A stretch of DNA of 64,000 nt from the human T2T-CHM13v2.0 reference genome, Homo sapiens: assembly GCF_009914755.1 (NCBI RefSeq), contig NC_060926.1. The stretch is one strand, 5' to 3'. The number at the start of each line of letters is the position of its first letter. Position 1 is the stretch's first letter. Shown piece after piece: positions 40,090 through 54,942 of the stretch. The notes below the pieces were generated by a model. The model searched no databases, was not told the DNA's origin, and saw nothing but the letters and a program-made list of their open reading frames with translations. The position numbers and the translations under genes are program-made.

Positions 40090-43000
40090 TCCTCCAACCA
40101 TTTTAAATATTTTGAAATCTCTTCTTGAAACACTCAAGGACATTCCACAAAGAATAAAAATAATGATTCCTAAATGCATTATAAAACTAAGCTTTTGAGG
40201 GTTTATATTTGCATCTGGAAAAATAGCTAAGAGCAATGCTCAGATAAGACTGGGGCTTCAGACCCAATCCTCACAGACATCAAGCAGCTGGCCACCAAAG
40301 GACTGGGCCAGGAAGTCAAGATAGGAGCAAAAATCGGCCAGGATGCAGCGAAGAACCCAAGGGCAGGCCCTTGAATGATGATCCAGTGTCGGACTCAGGA
40401 GCTCATAGGACTTGCACATTTTCACTGATAAAATAACCCAGAATGCAAGCTCTGGCTTTGTCCTCCAAGGGACAACCCTCCATTTGAACTTGGATCTTAA
40501 TTACAAGCATATATTTATGAAGGAGCCCTTGAAGAAAAACTGTACTGAGAAAGGGAAACATCAGCAGAAGTCCTTCTCCCATAGCCCCAAATACTGATTT
40601 CTTTTCACAGCTTACAGGAGTACTTGTCCTTGCTACTGCACCACTGAAATTATAGCACCTTGAGGAGGCTAATTTAAAGGGTTACAAGACAAAACAAAAA
40701 CAACTATAAAAGGCTAATATCAGCCCAAGTGTGCTTTCGTGAAGTAAGGTCAACACAATTTCAGCTCTATCGTGGCAGGCCTTCGCCTCCTCTGTTCTCA
40801 GCTCTGATTTGCATGTTTCAGGATTACATTACAATGCAATACTTCCCACTCACAAAGTCATAGCTTTGTTGAAAGGATTAGTATAGAAATGTGCCAAATT
40901 ATTTAAAGATATCTGAATAGTGAGCAAAACATTATCATCAGATGATACAGGAGGAGAAAAGTAGCTCAGTACAACCTGTAAAAAAGCTGTCACAGAAATA
41001 CCTTTCTCTCTACTCATGTGGTATGAGGAGTTTGCCTATGTGAGACTATTCAAAATATCTGTGATAATTCCTGGAATCAAAAAATATTTCAAATCAGTTT
41101 AGCTTTACTCAACTTCTTCTCAATCATGGTACACCAGGAAAGAAAGAGAAGGATATCAAAACATGTTCTACGCGTCTGAGGTTGACAGTTTCTCAGAACA
41201 ATGTGTGCACAATAAAATTGAGGCAACATCAGGAAGTAAATGGCAGAGGGTTCACTGGAGCCATGAATGGATTGCTGGACAGTGTGCTGAGGACCTAGCG
41301 GAAGTTGGAGACCATGAATATACAGCAGCATCAGTGTCATGGATGGGCAGTTTTCTCTGGCAGAACTCCAGGGTTTTGGATAGAAAAGGTCAACACCTGA
41401 ACAACACTGAGTTGCGGTTCGGCTGAGTAGGTGCAGCAGAATGTCCAAAGGGGTGAGGGAGCTGAGAGTATGGGCAAGAGATTGGCTCAATGGAGCACAT
41501 GGCTTCCACTAGCAAGCAGGAAGAGAAGGTGGAAAAGAGTTGTCTTGGGTCTGGAAGGGGCTAGGTGGGAGAAAATAAAGCCTTAAAGGCCCTAGAGGTC
41601 TTGTTGAAGTTGAAGGACAGATGCAGGAGGAATAAATGAGCCAGGAGCTGGAGGATGCATGGTAATGGTATGGACAGGACACTGCAAACAGAAATATCGG
41701 AAGTCAACAGTTCTAGGGATCACTTTGTCCAACACGCAGTCGTGAGCAAGGCTGACTGAACTGGAGTGGGGGTGAGGTTAGAGGCAGCTGAGGGGACACA
41801 GCCACAGTGAGGCTGGAGAGTTGGATGGATCTTTAATAGTATGTTGCATTGAAACCAGTGTCACCAGGACTTAGAGGTGGAGAAGAAAACAAAATCAGAC
41901 ATGACAGATTTTGAGGAATGTGGGGATATGACAGAGTAGAGTTTACGGCAGGAAAAGCTCCCAAAGAGTACAATTTTTTACACAGATGCAAATGCAAAAG
42001 AACAATAGTTTCAAGTTATATTGGGAATCTAGAAGAATTTTCCCTCCCCCCGCCCCACACACACACACTTGCTCACCTAGTTAATTTCATACCCCAGATC
42101 TGTGACCCCAGAGACTTTTTAAAACAAATGACCTTTCTAGACAGGGAAGTAGAGAACTACAATGTTGGTCCTCTGATCCATTAGCAATATTGCAACCTTC
42201 ATACTGGGAAAAATGAAGCAGGTAGATATATGCTAATGAATAGACTTCCAAGAAAAGAAATAAAAATCAAAAAGGAAAAACATGAAGACAACCCTCTGGG
42301 ACATTTAAATTTTTCTTTTAAAGGAAGTTGAGAAATAATATAAAATCCTGCATTTCAGTGAAGAAAGCAGGTTGGTCTCCTCTTTACTTCTCAGCTCCCT
42401 CTGGTGGAATACTGATTTTTATGGTATGCCCCGTGAAATCAAAAGACCCTAGAGGTCTGGCCAACCTTCCACATTCCGAGATATAACATTAGGGTGTCAG
42501 GATTGGAAAGAGAGAGAAAGTAATCAGAGAAGGGAGAAACAAGGAACACACCTGTGGAAGAAGCAGCGAGAAATAGTGAAGAAATATGATTATAAAAGTC
42601 TCACTTGTATCACTTTTAATATTTTTATTGCATTAAACATAGTCTATTACCTTATATTGAAATACTGCTAAATTATTAACTTGTCTTTAAATTGATTTTC
42701 CTAGTATTGGGAATAAGGTTTCATTCAAAGGGGGAAAGTACCTAAGACATTTTACTGTAGCTTTTAGAGAAATCACTAATATTTCTCTAAATTCTGCTTT
42801 TTCAATCCCAACAATTATTTTCATTTTTACCCGAGAAACAATTCACCTGAGGAAATGCACTCCTTCTCTAATAATGAGAAAGCCACTTTGACAGAGTTTG
42901 TACAAAGTTTTGCAAAGAGGCATCAATTCCCCCTGCAGTGACAGACGCCCGCTGAAAATACTATGGGAAAAAAAGCTAAGTGAAATGGTTTAGATTGGCC

Positions 43001-43477
43001 TGTTGGGCATAAACATCAAGGTCTGACAAGGTCAGTGACTCCAGAAGCTACAACACATGGCAGAAAAACATGACCAGGGCAGTCTGGCTGACCTCTGGCT
43101 CCTGACCAGAGAGGAACAAGAGAAGCCCTTCCCTGAAGCCAGGTGAGTCACGGAAGTGGCAGGGCCTTGAGTGAGCCACTGCCCTTCCTGTAAGGAGATT
43201 GTGTAAAAAGTGCCCATATGGCTCCTCTGCAGACAGAACTTTTGGACTTCCTCAACAGATATTTGCAATAAAATCCAGCTTCTCTCTACATCACACCAAA
43301 TCTTCTCTAGGGTATAAACATCCCCTATAAATGCAGAGAACCAACAATTGAACAAAATATTCCAGTAGTGGCCTGAGTAGGATCCAATGTAGTGAGAGCA
43401 TTACTTTCATATTACTTGAGGCCATGGAGGGCCAGGGAAGCACATAGAATATGGAAGCTTAAAAAATAATACTAAGG

Positions 43478-43809
<332 letters not shown>

Positions 43810-44024
43810 CTATGTGGTCTTAGGCAAGTTATATCCTTTATGGGCCTCAGTTTCCCAGTGAATACTGTGGTGACACCTATCTTAAGCTGTCTGCCTGAAT
43901 CAAAGGAGATGTTTGTGGAAGAAGTCTTGTAGTTTGGAAAGCATTACACACTTAGAATTAGCGCATGGATTTCATTGATTAGCAGGATAATCCCTGCCCA
44001 GTCTTGAACTGGGAGAGGAAGCTG

Positions 44025-44275
44025 CATAGCAGATAGGAGCACAGGCCCTGAAACAGGTCTGCCTGGTCTTCCATCCCAGCTCTGCAACTTTCTAGCTGTC
44101 AAACCTTGGGTAGGTTACTTAGGCTACCTGTACCTCAGTTTCCTCACTGGTATCATGGAGATGATGATCATGATAGTAACAATGCCTACCTGGTAGAGTT
44201 GCCAGGATTAAGTTTAAATCCGTGGAAAGTGCCTAACAGCCCGGAAAAGAATTGGGCATCAGTAAATGTTGACTT
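44025..44275 (+). mobile_element. MIR SINE
   Basis: catcccagctctgcaactttctagctg...ctgtacctcagtttcctcac...aagtgcctaacag. Confidence 0.75.
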
Positions 44276-44670
44276 ATGTTATCACAATGCATGGAGCATC
44301 ATTTTTGCCATACTTAGCCATTTTCTTACATTTTATCTCTGTATCATTTTCTTTCCTTGTTTATGCTCCAAAGCAGTCCCTTCATTTTGTGATTTTCTTT
44401 TTAATTTCTCAGAGTCAATTATCTTCTTACCTTCCCAGATGATGGTTGCCTAACGTTGTCTCAAAGAACCTTGAAGGGTAAGAACCACGTAAATGCCCCT
44501 CATCACCACTTCAGTGCTTTGCACCAAGCAGACACTCAGCAAATGCCTCATTGGCTTGCACAGCTGTGACTGTTCATGATGCAGACTAGTGAACACCTAG
44601 ACAATGCCAGCCCAGGGATTAGCCCTGCACCTGCCCCCAAATTTCCCAAATGTCATGGATCACTACACTT

Positions 44671-44808
44671 TTATTAATTTTTAATTTTTAATTTTTGTGG
44701 GTACCTAGTAGTTGTATATATTTATGAGGTACATGAGATGTTTTGATACAGGCATGCAATGTGTGATAATCATATCGTGGAAAATGGGGTATCCATCCCC
44801 TCAAGCAT
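44671..44808 (-). mobile_element. Short L1MA/L1PB-type 3' end
   Basis: tttgtgggtacctagtagttgtatatatttatgaggtacatgagatgttttgatacaggcatgcaat; approximate TSD tcactacactt / tcactatactt. Confidence 0.85.
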
Positions 44809-44855
44809 GGTCACTATACTTTGCTTAAATACCCTCCATCCATCAAGTATGATGA

Positions 44856-45156
<301 letters not shown>

Positions 45157-45563
45157 TTTGAAGAGAGTTTATTTTTCAGTATTGTGTTAAGTATAGATGC
45201 TCCCAAACTCAAGGGTCACCTGAGAGTTACAGCTGCAGGTTTCTAAGGCTCTTTCATCCTGACAATTAAGAGAAGATGAATGCACCATTCCTTAGATCAT
45301 CAGGAGTGACTACAGAGATGTTTATGCTGAATTTATGGCTCTAATTTTTAAACTGTAATGGGTATTTCAATCACAACACTGCACAACCCATCAGCTGTAA
45401 ATATTGCTTTATGAAGTAAAGATGAGTAATCGGTAACTGTTGACATCTGCAGGGTGTTTGTTGACACAAATAGAGCTAAATCCAGACCCTTAGGATGGCA
45501 CTAGTCCATTGAATCCAAGTTGAAGAAGCCATGGCATTAGTGCCTTTAGTAGAAAAAAAAAAA

Positions 45564-45834
45564 TTTAAGAGACAGGATCTCACTCCTTCACCCAGGCTGG
45601 AGTACAGTGGCATGATCAATCTCCTGGGCCCAAGCAATCATCCTGCCTAAGCTTCCTGAGTAGCTAGGACTATAGGCACACACCACCACACCCGGTTAAA
45701 TTTTTTTTATTTGTATTTTTTTCTAAGAAATTGGGTCTTGCTATGTTGCTCAGGCTAGTCTCAAACTCCTAGCCTCAAAGGATCCTCCTGCTTCAGCCTT
45801 CCAAAGTGCTGGGATTGTAGACATGCATCTGGCC
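45564..45834 (-). mobile_element. Degenerate AluJ-like SINE with internal deletion
   Basis: gagacaggatctcactc...cccaggctggagtacagtgg...gatcctcctgcttcagccttccaaagtgctgggatt. Confidence 0.85.
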
Positions 45835-46102
45835 CAGGAAAATTTTTAAAGCATTTTGTATTGGATATTGAACAAGCAAGAAGTCCAGAATATTTGCTAC
45901 TAACGTAGCAAGTCATAGTTAATAGGTGAACAGGATCAAACTTATGCTAAACAACATTGTAGATCCCTCTCAATCTGTTCTTCTGGGACAACTGAAGTTC
46001 TTATGAGCCCTAGAAATAGGCCATGCATTTTGCCCAAACTGAGTTGCACGTTCTTTTAGCTACTGCAAATATGTTCACCAATCTGTCAATAGTACCTGAA
46101 AT

Positions 46103-46203
46103 GTAGGATGACTGTAATTTATCCTTCAAATCAGGTCACCTTTAGAGCAAAAGGGGTGCTATTAATAATTACAAGGAGATGAACCAGGAACATGGTCACC
46201 CTG
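46103..46203 (+). mobile_element. MER81-like hAT-Blackjack MITE
   Basis: taggatgact...aaggggtgctattaataattac...atggtcaccctg. Confidence 0.65.
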
Positions 46204-47234
46204 TATAAAAGCTGGTGGAGAATTAACGTCATCTGGCCTGATGGAACAGTTTTACTTTGAGCTTCTTTCATTCATCCACTCAGTAAAATATTTCCTGACC
46301 TTGTGCCAAGTCCTGTGCAAGGCACTGAGGAGAACCGTGATGAAGGAGCTGTCAGTCCTCACTCTGCAGAGGAAGCCATCAGGAGCATTCCTGAGCCCAG
46401 GTGTCAAGTGTAAGCAGAGCAGACACAAACAACTATATGCACACAGTCCTGAGAGCCACAGTTGGGAAAAGAGGTCTAGTTCTCCCCAAGGAAATCAACC
46501 AGAAATAAGTTGTCTGGGGGAATCTATTCCTTCAGCCACTTTGCCGGGAGACCAAGGGGTGGATGAATTCCCTGACAATGTGGATTCTAATCTTTTTTCT
46601 GTTGCTGCCTGAATCTAACTTTTGGCAGCTCCCTCTCTGTATTTCTCTCCTTTCCATGCCTTCTATGAAAGCTGCACCAAGTAAATAAAACCAGAGGTTA
46701 TGCATCCGGTAATCCTGTCCCGAGTGTGATTATTTTCCACTTCTAATTTTAAGGCGTCATTATAAGAAGTGGCAATGACTAAACAAGTCCCAACAAGCAC
46801 AGACTAGCATATTGCTTGGATTGCCAAGAAAAAAATGTGTAATAAATAATAAAATCGCCAAAAAACGATTTGGAAAAGCATTGTAAACACAGATGGCTTG
46901 CAATGCAAAAATATATAATGTTATATCTGTTTAATGCAGAATCCCAAACATCAAAACTGATAAGTCAAACAACCATAAATTTGCATTTGTATTTTGCTGA
47001 TGCTGACCAAGTACATTATGCTTGTGTATGCAGTTGTGCAGTTGACAGAACTTATGGAGGAAAAGGCTTGAGCCAGCCATCTCTGAGTTACTAATAGGAT
47101 GAACTAAACTTCTGACAGATGCTCGTTACACAACATTACACTCAGGCTCTCCACAGGAATAAAAATCAACAATATAAAAGCAAAAGCAACCAAACTCTAC
47201 AAGTATTTTTGACCTTGTGTTATTGGCACAACCT

Positions 47235-47860
<626 letters not shown>

Positions 47861-47959
47861 AAATTATTTCACCTGGGTGAAAACTAATCAGTTGACATGA
47901 TTTTCAGAACTCAACTTCCCCACTTGAATTCATTACACTAATATTAGAACACACGTTTT

Positions 47960-48540
47960 GAGAATATTCACATCATTGCAGGTGGGAACATAAACCCAGA
48001 AATGCTTATAGACTGCAATCTGGAAATAGATATCAAAAACTATTACAAATATCATAATTGTTCAATTCAGTAATTATTTTCCTGAAAATATATGGTAAAG
48101 ATGTATTCAGAAATGTGCACAAAGGTTTTTATATAAAGACAGTTGTGGATATCCACATCCAAGATATCTATAACTTATATTAGCAATAAATTGGAAACAA
48201 TTTCGAAGTGACAACACAATAAATGTTCAATGAATTACAATATATCTGGATGACGAACTGTCAGTCAATGATTGAAAAGCAATTTTTGTATGATATGTGA
48301 TGACATGCAGAGATCCTCATAAGAATTTTAAGGGAAAAGGCAGAGTATAAAATTGTATATGTAAATATACTTGAAATCTATGACATATTTGCATATACAT
48401 GTGAATAATATTATGAGGGAAATGGTTAAAGATAATCATCTGTGATTCGGGAGGTTACAAGTGACTTACTTTCTTTTTATTTCTCTAAAGGTTCTAACCG
48501 TTCCACAAAGGTCATGATGCACATTTATAAGGAGAAAACA
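47960..48540 (+). mobile_element. Highly degenerate L1ME-like 3' region
   Basis: cattgcaggtgggaacataaa...gcaatctggaaatagatatcaaaa...aaattggaaacaa. Confidence 0.5.
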
Positions 48541-49952
48541 ACTAAAGAAATAGGAATATACACTTTTATATCATTAGCCTATCATTAGCCTTTTTATACT
48601 GAAAAAAAATAAAGGAGCCAGCCACAGTTAGAAATGTATTAAGTGCTCCATAAAATTTAGTGTTGTCATTTTAGTGTACTGGGGAGGCACTGAGTTCTTC
48701 ATTCTTATGTTTGTCTTTTTCTCTTTCTGTTTATTGATGCTGTTGCTTTCCCATTAACCTAGATACGGGACTGTACCAGGATCATGTTTGCAACCCAGGA
48801 GTCTAGCGCAGTATGTGGTACCTAGTAGATGCTCAATAAAAGCAACTACATTATGTAAGTTACAAGTTCAAAGTAATTAGCTCCATGATTTTGAATCATC
48901 TATCCATTGTGCAAATTAATTGTCTTGTATTTAACTCAAAGCATATACTATCCCTGGAGTAACACTTAAGCTGTTCTGCATTCTGACTATTTAGAGCTTT
49001 CTCTTTGCAGAGCTTTTGGGTGCTTGAAATAACTGTTCGCTTTTTGTACCACTTGGAAGTGCCGAATTGAAGCTGTCTAAAGTCGCTGTAGCTACTGCAT
49101 TTCTCCTTTTCCTTTGTATTACTTCACCCCAGAGATGTCAAATGACTTCGATATTTTAGAATATCTAGTTTTCCAAAGAATTCTTTTTAAAAATAATCTT
49201 TAGTTTTGCACTGGAACTTCTCAGCATATGCATAAGTCATTATGATAACAAAAGCAAGTTATTACAGATATTATACGGTAAACTTCCTCTACATATGTGC
49301 TCTGATTATCTATGACCTGACACATTGTTTCTCTCTGATTCAAATGCAAAAAGCTAATAGACATTTCTCTGAATAGTACACTTTGCCCCAGAATAACTCA
49401 TCACCTCTATATTCACTGTTCCAAACCTTTTTTGTTAATTTGCAAACTCTTCCTCTATTGAAAATGTGCTTGCAATTACAGTAGGTTTTTTCCTACCGAG
49501 TGATAACGTGCCTCAGCTAACCTGTGTAGTGAGGCCAAAATCCATGAATGAAGCATATGCTGTCCTGAAGTCACTACATTTAACAGGTCACTGACCCTTG
49601 TAGTTCTTTCCAGTAACAGAGACGAGGAGAGAGGAGGAGGCAAGAAAAGGCTGGACAACAGCAGCAGCTTCAAAAGGCCTTGGCGAGTACTCTCGGCTCT
49701 TCTAATTCACCATCATTCAGGATTTATTTCTATTGCAATCAGAAAACTGCACTTTCCTTTCTATTCCTTTTCTTTTTCTTTCCCCTTTCTTTAAGGTAAA
49801 TAAGCTAATACCAAAGATTGACTGCAAAGATGCTTTGGAAATTTTAACTATACATTTATACGCTCATCAGTACTGCATATTAAAATATGTTGTCCTCCAT
49901 AGAAAGGAAAGCATTAGCTATGTAACCCTGTTACTTTGAAATGAATTACATC

Positions 49953-50134
49953 CAGTGATATGCAGATAAATGTTTAACAACCAACTCTAGGGGGAAAAAA
50001 ATCCTGATTTATAGGGTTTCCAATTTCTATATTATAAATAGTCCCACCAGTTCTCAGCTACCAATACGATGTCACTGAACGCCAAGATGCGCACAACTCT
50101 TGCAAGCCAGTATGAGTTGGCTCCATCACACCTG
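49953..50134 (-). mobile_element. MER63A-like hAT-Blackjack transposon
   Basis: cagtgatatgcagataaatgtttaacaacc...ctcttgcaagccagtatgagttggctccatcacacc. Confidence 0.65.
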
Positions 50135-50329
50135 ATGCTAGCTAAGAACATTGAAATTATATGAGGACTATAGCAATTGAGATACAAGGAGGGTTTTGTA
50201 TTTATAACCTACAACATGATGAAAATTTCCAACACCTGGGGTCATTAGACTTTATATACAGTGGATGAGAATTATTCTTAACTCCTCTCCTGCTATCTCT
50301 TCTCACATCTTCTCTTAAGAAATGGCATC

Positions 50330-50637
<308 letters not shown>

Positions 50638-51452
50638 TCAGAATCATTAGCTGAACTCCCAGGTGTAACTTACATCCCATGAAATAAACGCAAGAAACCT
50701 ACTGTCCCGTACATTCTGACTAAGGAAATTTCATCAGCTGGAGATTCAACCCTTCACTTGGGCTGTACTCCCAGTGGAAAAAAATGTGCATATTCCCTCA
50801 CTAAACTATTCTCCTTTACTCACACCACAGTGTGAAGGAAGTATCAGAGCCCAGGTTTTGAAGGCATATTAGAGGAGGGAGAACAAAAAACGTATCCTGT
50901 ACTGTATTCTACACTTTAAGGAGACACCCATCACCAAGGACAGGGAAAAGGTTTTGCAAATGAAAACACATTTCCGTAATTTGGCAAACTTGCCTAGGGC
51001 TACTCCTGAAAAGCAGGTTTCATCCCACAAATTCAGTAGAGTCAGACCCTCTTGAGAGAACACCGGACTTCCAATACCAAATTTTCACTTGCATGATGGG
51101 CATTTGGATGCTAAATCTCAGCCCCTCACACCTGCTGCCACCCCTCCATGAACGACCACCACCCCAAGGGCCCCTACACACGGTTTTCTTTCAGGGTTCC
51201 TTTTCGTAGTATTTTCATTATCTGGTACCACTCACCTGCCAGAACGGGCTCTACTTACCTGCCCAAAGTCACCCAGTCACTGTGCATTGTCATTTCCAAG
51301 CTGGTGCTTGCCTCACCTGATGGTGTCTGGTCTCTGAATCTCTTCCTCTCCAGGGGCCACTTTATGGCTGGTTCTGAAGGGCCCTGGGACGCATCGGGTG
51401 GGCAGCTGTGAAGTGCTTTCTATAGAGTGGATGGGGCCTGGGATCAACCCAT

Positions 51453-51853
51453 TGTGTAGAGGACACATGTCAGTTTTGCTTGCCTCTCCATCATTTGCCC
51501 TTTATCTGGGATGAGCACCAACATTTCTCTTTGGGAGGCTTAGTGGAACTATCAATCAAGGCATGCCTAAAGGTGGCCCCTGACACAGCCAGGCCATTCA
51601 GCCTCGCTCTAATTCGAGTTGAGTCAAGTGATGAGAGGACAAAGGCTGAAGTGTCCCAAGGGCATCCCAGGAAAGGACCATTCACTGGTTACTGCTTCCC
51701 AGAGCCTCCCTGATCCCCTCTTTGAGCAGCTGGTTGCTCAGTTTCATCTTCATTTCAGCAAGCTGCCCTGCCGCTTCCAATTAATTCCTTTCTTGCTTCA
51801 ATTAATGAGAGTCCATTTCTGTTGCTAATAACTGATGAACTCTAATTGACATA
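51453..51853 (+). mobile_element. LTR33-like ERVL solo LTR
   Basis: tgtagaggacacatgtcagttttgcttgcc start and ttcctttcttgcttcaatta...tttctgttgcta...ctaattgaca end resemble recalled LTR33. Confidence 0.55.
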
Positions 51854-54496
51854 AACACACTTATAGATGACTGGTGGACAGATATGGTAGACAGGAGGAA
51901 AGTCTTCTGAGTCGTCGATGTTTTCCTATGGTTCTCAGAGGACACTTGCGTGTCCTCTCCCAAGCTCTGGCCATGGGCAAGCCCTGGAATCACTCTCTTT
52001 TTTGCCCTCTGCAGGTTCTCAAGACATCACCTGGGTCTCAGAGAAAGCAGAATTGCAGGACAGATGCTCTTTGGGAGCTGAGGGTGCCGAAGGACCCAGC
52101 CAGGTCTCTATCCATTCTCAAGCTGAGTCCCTCCCTGGGCTGCTCCCTAGGGTCTGTTTTAGATAACTCAGCCTGGAGCAAGTGAGGATAAAAGACAGCA
52201 CATTGGAACAGAATACAGATGGAGGATTCTTTTTTTCCCAAACAATGAATTTAGCCAAGGGGACCTTTGGTAGGTGACATCTCAGAATAAGTCCCTGGAT
52301 TTCAAAAAGGAACATGAGGAAGCAACTAGCAATCAAACAGAGTCTAGACAAAGGAGCAACATGCAAGTTAGCATGATCCGTCAGAACAACCCTAGGGCCA
52401 ACAACCACAACTCTTTTAAGATTCAGTAGCATAGCCTTAAAGCAACCATGGGGGCAATTAAACAAGGCACTCCGGTGGTAGAGAGAAAGTCAGTGGGGAA
52501 CATAGTGGATTTGTCTCAATTAGAAAAGGAAAAATGGCAGGCATTTGACATCCTAGCTATTACTGGTCATTACTGTAGCATTTCAAAAAAAGGAAAACTG
52601 TACTCAAAGCAGATTTACTTAATGATAGAATCAAAGAGCTAGAGGAAACATCAAAAGAAAAAAGGAGCCCTGCCCCCTGCAGTCAAGAACAGTTTGAAAT
52701 GAAATCACTAAGAAAGGTAGCAGGAAGAGTGAGGTCTTGAATGAGAAGCTGAGTTCAGATTCATGTTCTGCTGGGGCTAGCTAGGTTGGCCACGCAGACT
52801 CCTCAACTCTCCGAGACCTCATTCTCGTTCTCATTCTTCCTTTGTAAAGTGAATGAGATCCCCACCTGACAGATTTATTCTGCAAAATAAATGAGATAAT
52901 GTGTAAGACCAACTAACACTTAAGTTGTCAGTAAGATAGGGTAAGCACACTAGGTGCATCTATCAGAGCATCATAGAAAGGACATGAACCATGGACCACG
53001 TGCACATCAAAATACATAAGCAAATGGTCCCAATCCCATCAATATGATGTTAAAGAGAGAGGTGGAAGAAAAGAAGAGCAGTAACTGTTATAAAATGCCA
53101 TCAGGTGAGCTGAAAGAGATACCACAAAGGGAGGCAACCTGACTGCTCTCCCCCAGTGTCCACCCTAGAGACAGAAGAAAGTGTCAGGCAGGAAGCAGCA
53201 ATGTGGAAGACAGTAGATATTGATGAGCTCAGAAGCAGGCAAAAAATCAATTTTTTTCAGCCTCGTATCTTGGGTGTTTTAGGTGTGGAAATACAGGAAT
53301 CAACATTAAGCTTTCAGCATGCCTAAAAATAGTTCTTCACCTGCTGCTGTTTTTCCCATTGGTTACAAAGGCTATTGTTTATTTCAGCAGATGGAAAAGA
53401 AGCTGTGAAAAGCTGTTCACATCCTGCAAAAGGGAGCATGGAGAGGCGGCGGCATGGGTAGTATGTTAATGAGTGGGGTCGGGGATGATTAGCTCAATTG
53501 CTCACACAAAATCTTTCTTCTCCCCGGAATTTGCTGTTAGTACTCTGAGCTATGGACTCTGATGCCAGCATGCTAATTTGGACCTGCATCTCAGTGGGCA
53601 CAGCAGTGAGTATTTCCATGAGGCTCAGTTTCCACTTGCTTCTGTACTCTTCCCCATTGCACTCTGAAAATCCAAGCTTTCTTTTCATGTGTCACACAGT
53701 ATCTTAGAAGCTCCTGGGTTACAGATTCGGGGAGAAAATCACCAGCCATTTCTGGCTTTGGGAGGCAGCCGCCTCTGCTGCTGACAGCTGCGGCCCAGTC
53801 CTGCTGGAGATGGAGAGTCGAGGCTGACACCTCTGCTGGGCAGAGCAGTAGGAAAGGCATTGTCTCTCCCAGCTCCCAGAGTTGGCCATGAAAGCAAATT
53901 CCGGTTTTTGTTTTTGTAGTGTTGAGAACCATCAGTCCCAAGCCCAGCAGAAGATCATTGCCTTTCACCCCCAAGCCACTTGTCATAAAAATTAAAAGCA
54001 TATAAATTCTTCACTCTACAGTTTTTCTTCTCAGTGGATGGCCAGCATCTTCAGCTCTGTGAGTTCTTTTTATAAACACATATGCACCAAGCCTCAGCTA
54101 GCACCCCCTGCCCAACACCAATTTTTTTTTCTCCTTTCCTGCCTGAGCAGTTCAAATTGATGAGAAAATATTAACTGGGGCTCATTTTACATTAACTAGT
54201 AAATGCTCCATCACCAAGCTAAAGGCAATGGAGTAAAACCAGCTCCCATTAAGTTTCCGTGAATCCATCTCCTACAGCTGTGACTTCTTTCCCTGCTGTG
54301 GCCTCACATTCATGTAACACATGTGCTTTGTAAGCCTTAGGCCATCTGATTACCCTAAAAGGAAATACCCAACATAGGGGAAAATATGGGGCTTAGTACA
54401 GGCTAATGGTTGAAATTCCTTGGTGTAAGATTAACCATGCTGCAAAATGCCAAAGAAAAATACAAAAGTCATGAGGACGTTCAGCAAGGTTGTCTT

Positions 54497-54942
54497 TTTC
54501 ATTATTATTATTATTATTATACTTTAAGTTCTGTGGTACATATGCACAACGTGCAGGTTTGTTACATATGTATACATGTGCCATGTTGGTGTGCTGCACC
54601 CATTAACTTATCATTTACATTAGGCATATCTCCCTAATGCTATCCCCCACTCCCCCCACCCCACCACATGCCCCGGTGTGTGATGTTCCCCACCCTGTGT
54701 CCAAGTGTTCTCATTGTTCAGTTCCCACCTATGAGTGAGAACATATGGTGTTTGATTTTCTGTCCTTGCGATAGTTTGCTCAGAATAGGATCTAGAACTA
54801 GAAATACCATTTGACCCAGCCATCCCATTACTGGGTATATACTGAAAGGATTATAAATCATGCTGCTATAAAGACACATGCACAGGTATGTTTATTGCGG
54901 CACTATTCACAATAGCAAAGACTTGGAACCAACCCAAATGTC
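54497..54942 (-). mobile_element. L1PA insertion with 5' inversion (twin priming)
   Basis: Minus-strand L1 3' end at 54497-54786 joined to plus-strand L1 ORF2 piece at 54787-54942; TSD cagcaaggttgtctt (54482-54496) and cagcaaagttgtctt (54943-54957). Confidence 0.95.

Noticed and set aside
40375-40432. ATGATGA...CTGA pair resembling a C/D box snoRNA
   Set aside because: Only about 55 nt long, with no terminal stem and no recognisable rRNA guide
51990-52190. Plus-strand 167-nt exon candidate (52015-52181) with a good acceptor and CAA|GTGAGG
   Set aside because: Unrecognised peptide, modest donor, and opposite to the inferred transcribed strand; such pseudo-exons are common
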